NCBI GenBank assembly: GCA_048939245.1
Contig: JBHLPR010000015.1
Span: 1-42,277, forward strand
Reading direction: 5' to 3'
DNA length: 42,277 bases
Source: Promethearchaeota archaeon
GTDB taxonomy: Archaea; Asgardarchaeota; Hermodarchaeia; Hermodarchaeales; Hermodarchaeaceae
The notes beneath the pieces were generated by a model. The model saw nothing but the letters and a program-made list of their open reading frames with translations. It made no database searches and was not told the DNA's origin. A program made the translations under genes and the position numbers. This document shows positions 17,232 to 27,739 of the stretch, piece by piece; position 1 is the first letter of the stretch, and each line of letters opens with the position of its first letter.

Positions 17232-17921
17232 ATGAAGTTTGTCTTAAAAATTGGTGGGTCTCTCCTCTTTGATAGTGAACAAAATCTCAATATGGATCAC
17301 TTCAGTAAGATGGCAGAAGTCATTCAGCAACTAAAACACGAAGAACATGAACTAATTGTTGTAGTTGGTGGAGGAGTTTTGGCGAAGAAATTAGTTGAAA
17401 AGGGTAAGACTCTTGGGGCTAATCGCGATGCATTGGATCAGTTGGGTATCGCTGCAACTTGGGTTTGTGCACAGCTAATGATTGCCTCATTAGAGGAGAA
17501 TACCTATCCCAGTCCCATTATGACAGAGGAGCAATTAACAAGTTTAATAGACTCAAATAAATTACTCGTATTGGGTGGGCTTCAACCAGGACAATCAACC
17601 AACGCTGTTGCGGCGACGGTCGCTGAAATAATAGGAGCCGAGGTCTTAGTTAACGTAACCGATGTTGATGGGGTCTACGATCACGATCCTAAACAATCGT
17701 CTAAAGCCAAGCTTCTTTCTAAAATTACATTAAACGAATTACGAGTTATTGTATCTTCCTTAGCTAATGAACCGGGTTCTTACCCTCTGTTCGATAAACG
17801 TGCATTGGATATCATTGAACGTGCTGGGGTTGAAATCTGGTTTGTTAATGGAAGTAATCCCCAAAACATACTTCATGCAATAAATGATGGCAAAATTGGA
17901 ACCCGTGTAACCATTTCCTAA
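17232..17921 (+). CDS. pyrH: UMP kinase
   Basis: VLKIGGS, VVGGG, PGQSTNAVA, DVDGVYD. Confidence 0.95.
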   Translation: MKFVLKIGGSLLFDSEQNLNMDHFSKMAEVIQQLKHEEHELIVVVGGGVLAKKLVEKGKTLGANRDALDQLGIAATWVCAQLMIASLEENTYPSPIMTEEQLTSLIDSNKLLVLGGLQPGQSTNAVAATVAEIIGAEVLVNVTDVDGVYDHDPKQSSKAKLLSKITLNELRVIVSSLANEPGSYPLFDKRALDIIERAGVEIWFVNGSNPQNILHAINDGKIGTRVTIS

Positions 17922-18026
17922 CCCCCTCTTAAGCCCAAAATTTTTTTGGAGATAAGTTTTATTTCCTAAAGGCACCTCTGTATTGATAACTGGTTCCCGT
18001 TTTGAGCGGGGAGGTTGGCTACATCA

Positions 18027-18314
18027 ATGGGTCGGCTAAAAGAGTTATTTGGGGATACTCCTCAGGTCCGTTTATTAGAGGTGCTTATCGAACAGAAAGA
18101 TACCACCATGCACCTTTCGATGTTAGCCCGTCGTGCGAACGTGTCAGTTTCTTCAGTGGAACGCTGTCTACTCCCGCTCATTAAGGCAGGTATTGTCTCG
18201 GATATTCGATTCTTTCGAAGACGTCGAATTCTTCATCTTAACCCCAAGCATCCTGTAGCGCAATTATTAGTTAATTTCGTTCAAGAAATGCAAAATGATT
18301 GGGACTCTCGATAA
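18027..18314 (+). CDS. Small wHTH protein
   Basis: LFGDTPQVRLLE...LARRANVSVSSV; GGAGGT SD. Confidence 0.8.
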   Translation: MGRLKELFGDTPQVRLLEVLIEQKDTTMHLSMLARRANVSVSSVERCLLPLIKAGIVSDIRFFRRRRILHLNPKHPVAQLLVNFVQEMQNDWDSR

Positions 18315-18330
18315 ACAGATTCTAATTATT

Positions 18331-19470
18331 TTAAACTTCTGCGAGTTTTTTAATTCGTCCAAGCAGTTTCTTAGGGTGAAAAATTTCAGCCCACCGTAGT
18401 TTCTTTCCAATTTCAATATTTACGAGTGTCTCTGTTTTTCGAAATTGGCGTTGAACATATCCTAAGGCAATTCCTTTTCGAATCATCGGGGAAATTGAAC
18501 CGCTCGTAATTTCTCCGATTACTTCACCTTTTGCATAAATTGCGTTCCCTGTGCGTGGAATCCCTTTCCCAAGCATAATTAGCCCCACTCGTAGTCGCTG
18601 AGCTTTTTCCCGTTTCTCGACGACTAGTGCGTCTTTACCAATGAAATGTTCTTTCTTCAAATTAACTATAAACCCGATTCGAGCTTGGTACGGGCTTGTC
18701 TCCTCGTTGATATCATTACCGTAAAGAACCATACCCGCTTCTAATCGTAACGTATCACGCGCAGCTAATCCGACAGGGACAACTCCGTCAGATTTCCCTT
18801 CTCTAAGTATGCTTTCCCAAAGCTGAATCGCTTTACTGCGTTCCTTTGGTTTAATATCGATCTGGGCAATCTCAAACCCGTCTTCACCCGTGTAACCACT
18901 GCGTGTGGCAATGGCTTCAAAGCCATCAAGTTTTGTCTGAATAGCATTAAAACGCGGAACAGACGATAGATCTTCTGATGACAACTTCTGTAAGATCTTT
19001 ACAGCTTTGGGACCCTGCAATGCAAACATAGGTGTATTATCAGAAATGTTTGAGATATTCACTTCAAAGTCGGTACTATGTTTTTTCATCCAAGCAAAGT
19101 CTTTCTTACGATTAGCGCCATTTACAACCATGTAATACTTCGAATCTGCCAGACGGAATATGAAAAGATCATCAACGATACCTCCATCCTCGGTACAGAA
19201 AGCGCTGTAAGTTCCGGCTCCCTGGTCTAATCTTTGAATTCGTGTAGGTAAGAGATTCTCACAATACTCGGTTGCTTCTGGACCGGTAATCATGGCTCGG
19301 CCCATATGGGTCACATCAAAAAGGCCAGCTGCATTTCGGGTGGAAAGGTGTTCAGGGACTGCAGCCTGGTACCACAAAGGCATATGAAAACCGGCAAATG
19401 GTGCCATCTTAGCACCATTCTCGACATGCCATTTGTGTAAATGTGTTTTCAGTAATTGAGAGCCTGTCAT
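18331..19470 (-). CDS. gcvT: Glycine cleavage T aminomethyltransferase
   Basis: GLFDVTHMG, RSGYTGEDGFEI, ARDTLRLEAG. Confidence 0.95.
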   Translation of the reverse strand: MTGSQLLKTHLHKWHVENGAKMAPFAGFHMPLWYQAAVPEHLSTRNAAGLFDVTHMGRAMITGPEATEYCENLLPTRIQRLDQGAGTYSAFCTEDGGIVDDLFIFRLADSKYYMVVNGANRKKDFAWMKKHSTDFEVNISNISDNTPMFALQGPKAVKILQKLSSEDLSSVPRFNAIQTKLDGFEAIATRSGYTGEDGFEIAQIDIKPKERSKAIQLWESILREGKSDGVVPVGLAARDTLRLEAGMVLYGNDINEETSPYQARIGFIVNLKKEHFIGKDALVVEKREKAQRLRVGLIMLGKGIPRTGNAIYAKGEVIGEITSGSISPMIRKGIALGYVQRQFRKTETLVNIEIGKKLRWAEIFHPKKLLGRIKKLAEV

Positions 19471-19537
19471 TATGATGACATCCATGCAACGGTCGATTTC
19501 TTATTTAGCAAGTGGCATTAAGTTTTCGGTGACATAC

Positions 19538-20374
19538 ATGCCCGATATTCGATCTCGACTTGGCAACGTAATTGTTGGTGATAATTATCCTGTCGCAGTT
19601 ATGGGTGTCATTAACTTGGACCCTCAATCCTTCTATGAAAAATCATATTATCCGTCTGTTCAAGAAGCAATGAAAGCCGCTGAAAGAATGATCGAGGAAG
19701 GAGTCGATATTATAGATATTGGGGGTGTATCATCTGCCCCAGGTGCTTCCTCAGTCTCTTCTGAAGAAGAAACAAAGCGTATTCAGTCTGTGGTCAAGCG
19801 TATTTCTCAACACTGGAATATTCCTGTGTCTATCGATACACAGCGTTCGCAGGTGGCAAAGGTTGCGCTATCAAAAGGAGCTACAATAGTTAACGATGTA
19901 TCAGGTCTGAAATATGATTCTTCGATGGCAGCGGTCATTAAGGAGGCAGGGGCCGGCTGCGTCATCATGGCCACTAATTCGTTGCCGGGTGATCAAAAGA
20001 CAATTCCTGAAATTATTTCTGCGTTGCAAACAAGTCTTCGAATTGCTGAAATCAACGAAATTTCGAAGGACTTAATCGTTGTTGATCCGGGATTAGGATT
20101 TGGGAAACCAGTAGAATGTGATTTACAAATTATTCGAAACCTCAAAGCTTTTCGGGTTCTCAACAAGCCAATCCTACTTGGTGTTTCACGGAAAAGTTTC
20201 ATTGGGCAGGTGCTAGGGTATGAATCGGCGACTAATCGTCTTTTTGGTACACTTGCTTCTGCAACGGTTTCCATCCTTGAAGGTGTCCATATCCTTCGGG
20301 CACACGATATAAGAGCAAATAAAGATTGCATAAAGATGGTTGCGGCGCTTAAATCGTTTCGTGAGTGTGAGTAA
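19538..20374 (+). CDS. folP: Dihydropteroate synthase
   Basis: MGVINL, SIDT, NDVSG, DPGLGFGK, SRKSF, RAHD. Confidence 0.93.
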   Translation: MPDIRSRLGNVIVGDNYPVAVMGVINLDPQSFYEKSYYPSVQEAMKAAERMIEEGVDIIDIGGVSSAPGASSVSSEEETKRIQSVVKRISQHWNIPVSIDTQRSQVAKVALSKGATIVNDVSGLKYDSSMAAVIKEAGAGCVIMATNSLPGDQKTIPEIISALQTSLRIAEINEISKDLIVVDPGLGFGKPVECDLQIIRNLKAFRVLNKPILLGVSRKSFIGQVLGYESATNRLFGTLASATVSILEGVHILRAHDIRANKDCIKMVAALKSFRECE

Positions 20375-20375
20375 A

Positions 20376-21152
20376 ATGGAGCTATTCGGAATACAAACCC
20401 CACTAATCCAGCCAGGTGACAATTTAGTTAAAGTGCTCTCATCTGCAATAACTGAGAATGGATTTACTCTTGCTTCTCACGACATTATTGTCATTGCTGA
20501 GACTGTAGTTGCCACCTCTCAAAATCGAATCCGGAAACTGGCTACTGTGAATGTTTCATCGCGTGCCCAGGAATTATCGAAACGATACGAATTGGAAGCG
20601 CCGCTTGCGCAGCTTATTCTCGATGAAGCTGATGAGATTTTAGGAGGAGTACCCCATGTGCTCCTAACCATCAAGGACAATATTCTGATGGCAAACGCAG
20701 GAATTGATCGATCTAATGCTCCTAGTGGGCATGTGGTTCTTCTTCCATCGAATCCTCAAGAAACCGTGTGGCGAATCAAAGAAGCGTTTGAAAAGGAATT
20801 TGGGCGTGAATTGGGTGTAATTATTACTGATAGCCGTACCCAACCACTTCGACTAGGAACCGTGGGGCTAGCTCTTGCAGTTGCGGGATTTGAGCCAATA
20901 AAGGATTTTCGCGGAAAGCCGGATCTTTTTGGTCGACACTTACGCATTACTCGGTCAGCAGTTGCGGATAATCTAGCCTCAGCAGCTCAATTGTTGCTAG
21001 GAGAAGCTGATGAACGAATTCCTTCTGTGATCATTCGTGGCGCTCCAGTGAAATTTACCAAGAATCGCATTCTAACAGGAGAATTAACTCTCTCTAGGCA
21101 CGAATGTATGTATATGTCGGTTTTCCAGCAATACGTTGAAAAAAGGACATAA
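20376..21152 (+). CDS. cofE: F420-0:gamma-glutamyl ligase family protein
   Basis: ANAGIDRSN, ITDS, PLRLG, DLFG, ADNLASAA. Confidence 0.88.
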   Translation: MELFGIQTPLIQPGDNLVKVLSSAITENGFTLASHDIIVIAETVVATSQNRIRKLATVNVSSRAQELSKRYELEAPLAQLILDEADEILGGVPHVLLTIKDNILMANAGIDRSNAPSGHVVLLPSNPQETVWRIKEAFEKEFGRELGVIITDSRTQPLRLGTVGLALAVAGFEPIKDFRGKPDLFGRHLRITRSAVADNLASAAQLLLGEADERIPSVIIRGAPVKFTKNRILTGELTLSRHECMYMSVFQQYVEKRT

Positions 21153-21169
21153 TTTACTTCAAAAGGGGC

Positions 21170-21254
21170 GGAGAACGGCTCAGCACTCAAGATCCTTGTC
21201 ATCCCTAATACTAAGTTTTAGGTCTAAAGGGTCGGGTCGTCACTGCCATTCTCC
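21170..21254 (-). ncRNA. Box C/D guide sRNA
   Basis: 10-bp terminal stem GGAGAAUGGC/GCCGUUCUCC, box C GUGACGA, D' CUAA, C' AUGACAA, box D CUGA; guides look complementary to 16S rRNA and tRNA-Leu(CAA) motifs. Confidence 0.8.
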
Positions 21255-21302
21255 TTCCTTCTTCATGGTGTATACTCCTTTTATGCATTCGTAAAAAAGC
21301 GG

Positions 21303-21407
21303 TGGTGCGGCTTCCGGGATTTTCGGCGGTAAGATAAAGCTGACCTGCTTTCGAACCCGGGTCTCAGGCGTGGGAGGCCTGGATCATAACCACTAGATCA
21401 AAGCCGC
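21303..21407 (-). tRNA. tRNA-Gly(CCC) with 30-nt T-loop intron at 59/60 (21320-21349)
   Basis: CAGGC-CTCCCAC-GCCTG arm; BHB helix TTCG/CGAA. Confidence 0.92.
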
Positions 21408-21471
21408 TTCTTCGTAATTCACGAAATATCCATTCGCCCTAAAACAATTGTGGTATGTTATTGGTCAGAAA

Positions 21472-22905
21472 TTAGTTAGCATCACTTGTGGGTGGGGAAA
21501 AGCGGTAAAGCTGCTTGTTTTTAGCCTTTTCAATTGTTTCGGGGTCAATGCGTTTCAGTTCGCGTTCGGGGAATCTTGAGAGCATTTCCCAGCCCAAATC
21601 AAGGGTTTGCTCGATCGTTCGTTCTTCAAACTCACTCTGGTTAAGAAATTGCTGTTCAAATGTTTCAATGAAACTCAAATATACACGATCCCGGTCTGAA
21701 AGTGCTCCCTCACCGACAACGGCAACGAGGTCACGGAGGTCCGATCCTTCGCTTGCCGCATAATATAGCTGTGCTTGAACTTCATTATGATCTGCACGGG
21801 TATGTCCTTCACCGATTCCTTCCTTCATCAGCCGACTTAGACTAGGTGCGGGGTCAATGGGTGGGTAAATACCCTTGTTATGCAAGGATCGACTTGTAAT
21901 GAGTTGTCCTTCTGTAATATAGCCAGTTAGATCTGCAACAGGGTGAGTGATATCATCACCGGGCATTGTAAGAATAGGCATTTGGGTGATCGTTCCTTTG
22001 CGTCCAATAATCCTGCCTGCTCGTTCATAGATGGATGAAAGATCAGTGTAAAGGTATCCGGGGTATCCTCGCCGACCGGGTACTTCTTCTCGAGCCGCTG
22101 AGATTTCACGCAAAGCATTTGCGTAGTTGAGCATGTCTGTAAGAATTACTAGCACATGCATGTTTTGTTCAAATGCAAGATATTCGGCGATTGTGAGAGC
22201 CGTTCGGGGGGTGATAATTCGTTCAATGGGTGGGTCATCTGCTAGGTTTAAGACAAGGACGCTAGTAGCCAGCGCTCCTGTTTCTTCTAATGTCTTCATA
22301 TAGAATTGGGCAGTTTCGGCAGTAATTCCAATTGCACAAAGAATAACCGCAAACTGTTCTTCCTTCCCTGGGATTTTAGCTTGGCGAGTAATTTGTGCTG
22401 CAACTCGGTCGTGGGGAAGTCCTGATCCGCTAAAAATGGGTAACTTTTGTCCTCTAACTAAGGTGTTGAGTCCATCAATTACACTTAGTCCTGTTTGAAT
22501 AAATTCGCGGGGGTATTGTCGTGCATCAGGGTTCATTGGAGCACCATTAAGGTCTAACTCTTCATCAGGGACGATGGGCGGTCCACGATCGATAGGTGCG
22601 CCTGAACCATTTAGAATGCGTCCAAGTAAATCGCTTGTTACAGCGGTTTTCATGGTTTCTCCTGTTAGACGGACACGTGTGGATTTTGTGTCAAGGCCTC
22701 TGGTTCCTTCGAAAACCTGCACAATAGCACGGCCTCGCATCGCTTCTAATACGGTTCCTCGACGAATGGTCCCATCCGGCGCTGTTACTTCAACTAATTC
22801 GTTATATGCAACATCGCTGACTTTGTCGAGAATTAGGAGGGGTCCTGTAACAGTGGTTACGGTCTGGTAAGTAGGCTTCAAGGAGGTGGCTTGTCTTTCG
22901 GTCAT
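21472..22905 (-). CDS. atpB: A/V-type ATP synthase subunit B
   Basis: [29 protein letters not shown]. Confidence 0.97.
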   Translation of the reverse strand: MTERQATSLKPTYQTVTTVTGPLLILDKVSDVAYNELVEVTAPDGTIRRGTVLEAMRGRAIVQVFEGTRGLDTKSTRVRLTGETMKTAVTSDLLGRILNGSGAPIDRGPPIVPDEELDLNGAPMNPDARQYPREFIQTGLSVIDGLNTLVRGQKLPIFSGSGLPHDRVAAQITRQAKIPGKEEQFAVILCAIGITAETAQFYMKTLEETGALATSVLVLNLADDPPIERIITPRTALTIAEYLAFEQNMHVLVILTDMLNYANALREISAAREEVPGRRGYPGYLYTDLSSIYERAGRIIGRKGTITQMPILTMPGDDITHPVADLTGYITEGQLITSRSLHNKGIYPPIDPAPSLSRLMKEGIGEGHTRADHNEVQAQLYYAASEGSDLRDLVAVVGEGALSDRDRVYLSFIETFEQQFLNQSEFEERTIEQTLDLGWEMLSRFPERELKRIDPETIEKAKNKQLYRFSPPTSDAN

Positions 22906-22990
22906 TGTTACAGCCTCATGAATCCCTTTATTCTTATTTTGAGGGGTATCGAGCTTCGGTCACTAGGCTCGTGCAACTTTTAACTCTTAC

Positions 22991-24429
22991 TCACAAGGTA
23001 ATGCGTAGGAAAGCCCACATCCTTTCAGAGGGGATCAATTGTGTGGGGCTTAAAGCCGCCACACACCATACAACAGGTAGACCACACCGCGCCACCCCCA
23101 GCCGAACACTACCACCATCCTGCCGGAGCCCTCGATGTCGCATGACCCTCTCCAAAGCCGCCACCATTAAAGCCACCCGCACCGCCACCAAGGAAAGGCG
23201 ACGCCACCAGACCTGCCGAGTCTACCTAGTCAAGCTCTGCTACTCCCACCTCAGTCAGGAAACCCGCCACCACCTCCAGAGGCTCTTCCTGGAAGCCAAG
23301 TGGCTCTACAACCACCTCATTGACCAACCCGACCTCTTTGCCTTCGACTACAAAATTAAGGCGGTGCCAGTAAAGGTCAAAGGCAAGTTCGAGACCCGAC
23401 CCCTCCGTCATCTCTCCTCTCAGATGAAACAGGCCCTCTTGGACCGCGTAAGAGCGAACATACGCGGGCTAGCCCGAAGAAAAGCCAAGGGGCACCAAGT
23501 AGGGGCGTTGAAGTTTAAGAAGCGGGTGCGCTCCATTCCCCTCAAGCAATACGGCAACACATACACCCTCCTGAATAAGAAGTATGTACGGGTGCAGGGG
23601 ATACGGCAGAAGCTGCGGGTCAACGGATTAGCGCAGCTCCCCGACGGCGTAGAGCTGGCCAACGGGGTGCTGCTGGAGCGCCACGGCGACTATTACCTGG
23701 CTATCACCACCTTCCAGCCCGAGGGGCCGGTTTCACTCCCGCCCTTCAGAAGCGTGGGGATCGATTTCGGGGTGGCGACGCCGCTCACCCTCTCGGTGGG
23801 GATCGCCATCCGGTACACGGTGCCGATCAGCCTGAACCGACGGCTGAGACGGCTCCACCAGAAGTTGAGCCGGCAGACGCGTTGGAGTCGGAACTGGTGG
23901 AAGACACGCCGCCAGCTAGAGAAGGCCTACGCGCGGCTCAGCGCCATCAAACGGGACATCCGGAACAAGCTCGTCCACTTCCTCCGGATCCGGTTCCGGG
24001 TGGTCTGCTACCAAGCGGAGAATCTGCGGGGGTGGCAACGGCGGTGGGGCGCAACCCTCCTAGCTTCGGCCCTGGGAGGGATTATTCGGGCTATAGATGC
24101 TAGGGTGCATACGCCGGTGCGCGTGGATCGCTGGTTTCCCTCGACGAAGACCTGTTCAGGGTGTGGAGCCATCTGTGAGGTGCGCTTGGAGGAGCGGGTG
24201 TATTCCTGTTCGGTCTGTGGGCTGGTGATGGACCGGGATCAGAATGCGAGTCTGAACATTGAGGCAAAGGGCCTCAAGGATGTAGGTATGGGGCGTACCG
24301 ATTTGAAGCCGGTGGAGACCGGTGCCGCTACCCGTGCATGGGTGAACGCGCTTAGCCGTATTCCCTATGTCAGGGCAAGCCCAGTCTGTGAAGCAGGAAG
24401 CCTCACCGTTTCAGCGTGAGGTTGCTCAC
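22991..24429 (+). mobile_element. Non-autonomous IS200/IS605-family element (tnpB only)
   Basis: Related subterminal hairpins (from 23010 AAAGCCCACATCCTTTCAGAGGGGAT; from 24397 GAAGCCTCACCGTTTCAGCGTGAGG), right end TCAC, TTAC 5' of the inferred left end, higher GC. Confidence 0.8.
23142..24419 (+). CDS. tnpB: RNA-guided endonuclease TnpB
   Basis: RuvC GIDFG, ENL, DRDQNA; zinc finger CSGC/CSVC; ATG 23142 preferred over the long ORF start. Confidence 0.92.
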   Translation: MTLSKAATIKATRTATKERRRHQTCRVYLVKLCYSHLSQETRHHLQRLFLEAKWLYNHLIDQPDLFAFDYKIKAVPVKVKGKFETRPLRHLSSQMKQALLDRVRANIRGLARRKAKGHQVGALKFKKRVRSIPLKQYGNTYTLLNKKYVRVQGIRQKLRVNGLAQLPDGVELANGVLLERHGDYYLAITTFQPEGPVSLPPFRSVGIDFGVATPLTLSVGIAIRYTVPISLNRRLRRLHQKLSRQTRWSRNWWKTRRQLEKAYARLSAIKRDIRNKLVHFLRIRFRVVCYQAENLRGWQRRWGATLLASALGGIIRAIDARVHTPVRVDRWFPSTKTCSGCGAICEVRLEERVYSCSVCGLVMDRDQNASLNIEAKGLKDVGMGRTDLKPVETGAATRAWVNALSRIPYVRASPVCEAGSLTVSA

Positions 24430-24489
24430 CTTAACGCAACAAAACATTAAGCCTTTCCTTACTCACATCAGATGAAATAATTGTGAGTA

Positions 24490-25482
24490 TCAAGTTCTTA
24501 GAAGCAGAGCTGTCTTTGCGATACCACTATTATAAGATAACATCTCTTCCATTCGATCCAAGATTATCTGTGTAATTACCGAATCATCCATGACGTCGAC
24601 AATTGTTTCCGTTTGACGCTTCCATTGGCGTAAGAGTGGTATTTCACCTAATACTTGACGAACCATTTCTTGGTTGCGTTGGAGAAATGCTGAAATAGCC
24701 TTTTTGAGATTATCATGTACCTTTTTCAAAGCCGCTACAGCGAGCTTATTTTGGTCTTCAACGGGTTGACGCCGTGTGAGCGCTTCTGCAATATGTTGTA
24801 TATTTTCATGGATACTACTTAATTGAAGAATAAAATAGGAGGTATCAAAGATATTCGCCATTTCGAGCTTAAACCCAGCTGGCCGAATAATCATGGCTTT
24901 TCTTAACGCTCGTTGTGCTCTACGGTAGTTACCTCGTTGACGCCACCCTTCGGTAATTAACTCGTTTGCCACTCGTTCCGTCTCATCAGGTCCTGCCTCC
25001 AAACCCATGATGAGTGTCATAATACCTTCAATGGTGGCTCCTCCACTCATCTTGACAAATTCCATGATGTCTTGTCCACGAATTACACTAACCCCTTTGA
25101 TAACTATCTGGCGGTTAGTGCTTTCTAGGATTTCGAAACCTGGGAGCTGATTCACAATATTAGTGACAATTTTTCGAACCGATTCGTTTAGTCTTCGGCT
25201 GCTCTCTATTGTTAATTGATCATAACCCACAGTGTAATAGGTTTCAAGTATCGTTCTTAATGTCAGTTCATCCTGCTCTAAAAGGCGAATTGTAGCAACC
25301 TTTTCAGAAGGGGTTTCTTTAATTTGCAGCGGGGTGATACGTAATGAACCCTCAGGCTCTTCTTGTATATGAAGTTGTGATTCCGGTTTTATCCCATATT
25401 TCTTAATCCACCGACGAGGAAGGCTTACAACAAGGGTTTTGCTTCTCCCCCACTGGGTTGCTTTTCGGGTTTCATCTATCAT
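24490..25482 (-). CDS. Divergent AbrB-PhoU-like regulator
   Basis: TRKATQWGRSKTLVVSLPRRWI AbrB motif followed by helical PhoU-like repeats. Confidence 0.8.
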   Translation of the reverse strand: MIDETRKATQWGRSKTLVVSLPRRWIKKYGIKPESQLHIQEEPEGSLRITPLQIKETPSEKVATIRLLEQDELTLRTILETYYTVGYDQLTIESSRRLNESVRKIVTNIVNQLPGFEILESTNRQIVIKGVSVIRGQDIMEFVKMSGGATIEGIMTLIMGLEAGPDETERVANELITEGWRQRGNYRRAQRALRKAMIIRPAGFKLEMANIFDTSYFILQLSSIHENIQHIAEALTRRQPVEDQNKLAVAALKKVHDNLKKAISAFLQRNQEMVRQVLGEIPLLRQWKRQTETIVDVMDDSVITQIILDRMEEMLSYNSGIAKTALLLRT

Positions 25483-25552
25483 TCCAATACGCCTTTTCCC
25501 TAGTTGGGAATAATGGTAATCAAATACAGTTAACCTGGAACAGCTATTTTAT

Positions 25553-27328
25553 CTACTTTGCTTCAATGGACATAAATTCGTTGTTGATATCACTTTCAAG
25601 GTCCTTGAAGTATTGAAGCATGGCATTTTGGTCTTCGTGAGGTTGGACTTTCATTCGTGCAATCTTGCCAACAACTGGCAGTGAGATGATTCGTCGAAGC
25701 GGAATTCCCTCGTCAATTGCTTGGCGCATCTGTTGCCAAAAGGTCATAATTGTCTTTAGCATCCAATAACTCTTCGATTCAGGACAATATGTATCGATTG
25801 GATGAAGAGCAGATTGCATGAGATAATCTTCTTTGACCATTCGGGCAGCTTCTAAGATTGCCCTTTCGCGTTCCGGCAAAGCATCTGGTCCGACTAGCTG
25901 TACAATTTCACGAAGTTCTTTGTCGCGTTGAAGAATAGACAGGGATTCTTCTGTAAGTTCTGGCCAGTCTTGGCCCATGTTCTTCTGATACCAAGAAACC
26001 AAGTCGTCTTTGTATAATGAATAACTTTGAAGATAGTTGATTGCAGGGAAGAAACGCCGTGAGGCCATATCTTTGTCAAGCGCCCAAAATACTTTCGTGA
26101 TTCTTAATGTAGATTGTGTTACTGGCTCGGAAAAGTCACCTCCAGCTGGAGAGACGGCACCAGTAACAGTAACACTGCCTACGCGGTCATCAGTTCCTAA
26201 GGTCTGAACTCGTCCTGCTCGCTCATAGAAATCAGCTAGACGGCTTCCCAAGTAAGCAGGATAACCCTCTTCGCCTGGCATTTCCTCTAATCGTCCTGAA
26301 ATCTCTCGGAGTGCTTCTGCCCAACGAGAGGTACTGTCTGCCATTAGCGCTACATTATAACCTTGATCACGGAAATATTCAGCAAGTGTTATACCTGTGT
26401 AAATTGAAGCTTCTCGTGCAGCAACAGGCATGTTGCTCGTATTAGCCACAAGCAGCGTTCTTTCCATCAACGATTTGCCACTTTTTGGATCCTTGAGTTT
26501 GGGAAAATCTTCGAGGACTTCAGTCATCTCATTCCCCCTTTCGCCACACCCAACATAGACAATAATTTCAGCATCCGCCCATTTTGCTAGCTGGTGGAGG
26601 GTTACAGTTTTCCCGGTCCCGAACCCTCCTGGGATTGCTCCTGTTCCACCTTTAGCGACAGGAAAGAAGGTGTCGATGACACGCTGTCCGGTATATAGTG
26701 GCACTTCTGTACTAATTTTTGTTTTATAGGGACGACCGATTCGTACAGGCCATCGCTGGGTGAGTTTCAGGTCTTCTTTGCCCGAGGCGGTTTGGACTTG
26801 TGCGATGACCTCTTTGATCGTATAATCTCCTGCTGGAACGATTTTTGTTAGTTTTCCTTCTATTCCAGGGGGAACGAGGATTTTATGAAGAAATACACTG
26901 GTTTCTTGAACAGTTCCAAGCACATCTCCTTGGGATACGGTTGCTCCTTTCTCTACGGTGGGTTGGAATGGCCATTTCTTATCCGAAGGGAGGGGTTCTG
27001 CAGTTATTCCCCTTGTGATGAAGTCTCCGACCTCTTCCTTGATGCTGGGGAGGGGTCGTTGAATTCCGTCAAAAATAGATCCAACTAAGCCGGGACCCAG
27101 TTCCACATCAAGCGATGTTCCTGTTGCGACGACTGTTTCACCGGGCTTTAATCCTGAAGTTTCTTCATATACTTGAATGTAGGCTCGGTCACCAACTATT
27201 CGGTTTACTTCGCCAATCAGCTCTTCTTCTCCGACTCTACAGACTTCAAACATAGTTACTCCAAGAAGACCGTCTGCTTCTATAAGAGGTCCTGCTATTC
27301 GTTGAATAGTTCCTATTCGCGTAGTCAT
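25553..27328 (-). CDS. atpA: A/V-type ATP synthase subunit A
   Basis: [26 protein letters not shown]; no intein. Confidence 0.97.
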   Translation of the reverse strand: MTTRIGTIQRIAGPLIEADGLLGVTMFEVCRVGEEELIGEVNRIVGDRAYIQVYEETSGLKPGETVVATGTSLDVELGPGLVGSIFDGIQRPLPSIKEEVGDFITRGITAEPLPSDKKWPFQPTVEKGATVSQGDVLGTVQETSVFLHKILVPPGIEGKLTKIVPAGDYTIKEVIAQVQTASGKEDLKLTQRWPVRIGRPYKTKISTEVPLYTGQRVIDTFFPVAKGGTGAIPGGFGTGKTVTLHQLAKWADAEIIVYVGCGERGNEMTEVLEDFPKLKDPKSGKSLMERTLLVANTSNMPVAAREASIYTGITLAEYFRDQGYNVALMADSTSRWAEALREISGRLEEMPGEEGYPAYLGSRLADFYERAGRVQTLGTDDRVGSVTVTGAVSPAGGDFSEPVTQSTLRITKVFWALDKDMASRRFFPAINYLQSYSLYKDDLVSWYQKNMGQDWPELTEESLSILQRDKELREIVQLVGPDALPERERAILEAARMVKEDYLMQSALHPIDTYCPESKSYWMLKTIMTFWQQMRQAIDEGIPLRRIISLPVVGKIARMKVQPHEDQNAMLQYFKDLESDINNEFMSIEAK

Positions 27329-27414
27329 GGTCAATTCGCCTTAGTTCTCATTTCGCTTTTGGGTTCTCTATCTGCTATATTCTGTTGTTAAAATTCTTAT
27401 GGTAGTTGGGTGTT

Positions 27415-27738
27415 TCAAAATCCTTCAAGTTCAACCCCGATTGCACGTTTCACTAATCGGCGTACGGGGCTTTCTTTTCCTTCGAGACGACCGCTTTTGT
27501 CAGGAATTTCAACGATAACTGGATAGGGGCGTTCTGATACTGCTTCAATCGTTTCACGGATTTTTTCAGCCCAGCGTTCAGTAATGATGACGATTGAAAT
27601 CTTTGAATCATTGGAAAACGTATTTAGTGCTTGACGCGCTGCTGGGGCATCGGATGGTACACTAGAATTTAGAATGCCAGCTAATCGAAAACCTACTACT
27701 GTGTCAGTATCCCCGATGATTGCGATTTTATCTGTCAT
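27415..27738 (-). CDS. atpF: A/V-type ATP synthase subunit F
   Basis: KIAIIGDTDTVVGFRLAG, IVEIP, RAIG; start moved to ATG 27738. Confidence 0.92.
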   Translation of the reverse strand: MTDKIAIIGDTDTVVGFRLAGILNSSVPSDAPAARQALNTFSNDSKISIVIITERWAEKIRETIEAVSERPYPVIVEIPDKSGRLEGKESPVRRLVKRAIGVELEGF

Positions 27739-27739
27739 T

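Noticed and set aside
21158-21266. Selenoprotein-like ORF MKKEGEWQ*RPDP... with in-frame TGAs
   Set aside because: The internal TGAs are the C and D boxes of the sRNA; no SECIS or redox motif is seen.
22905-23141. N-terminal extension of TnpB in the ORF track
   Set aside because: It runs through the IS left-end hairpin into host DNA.
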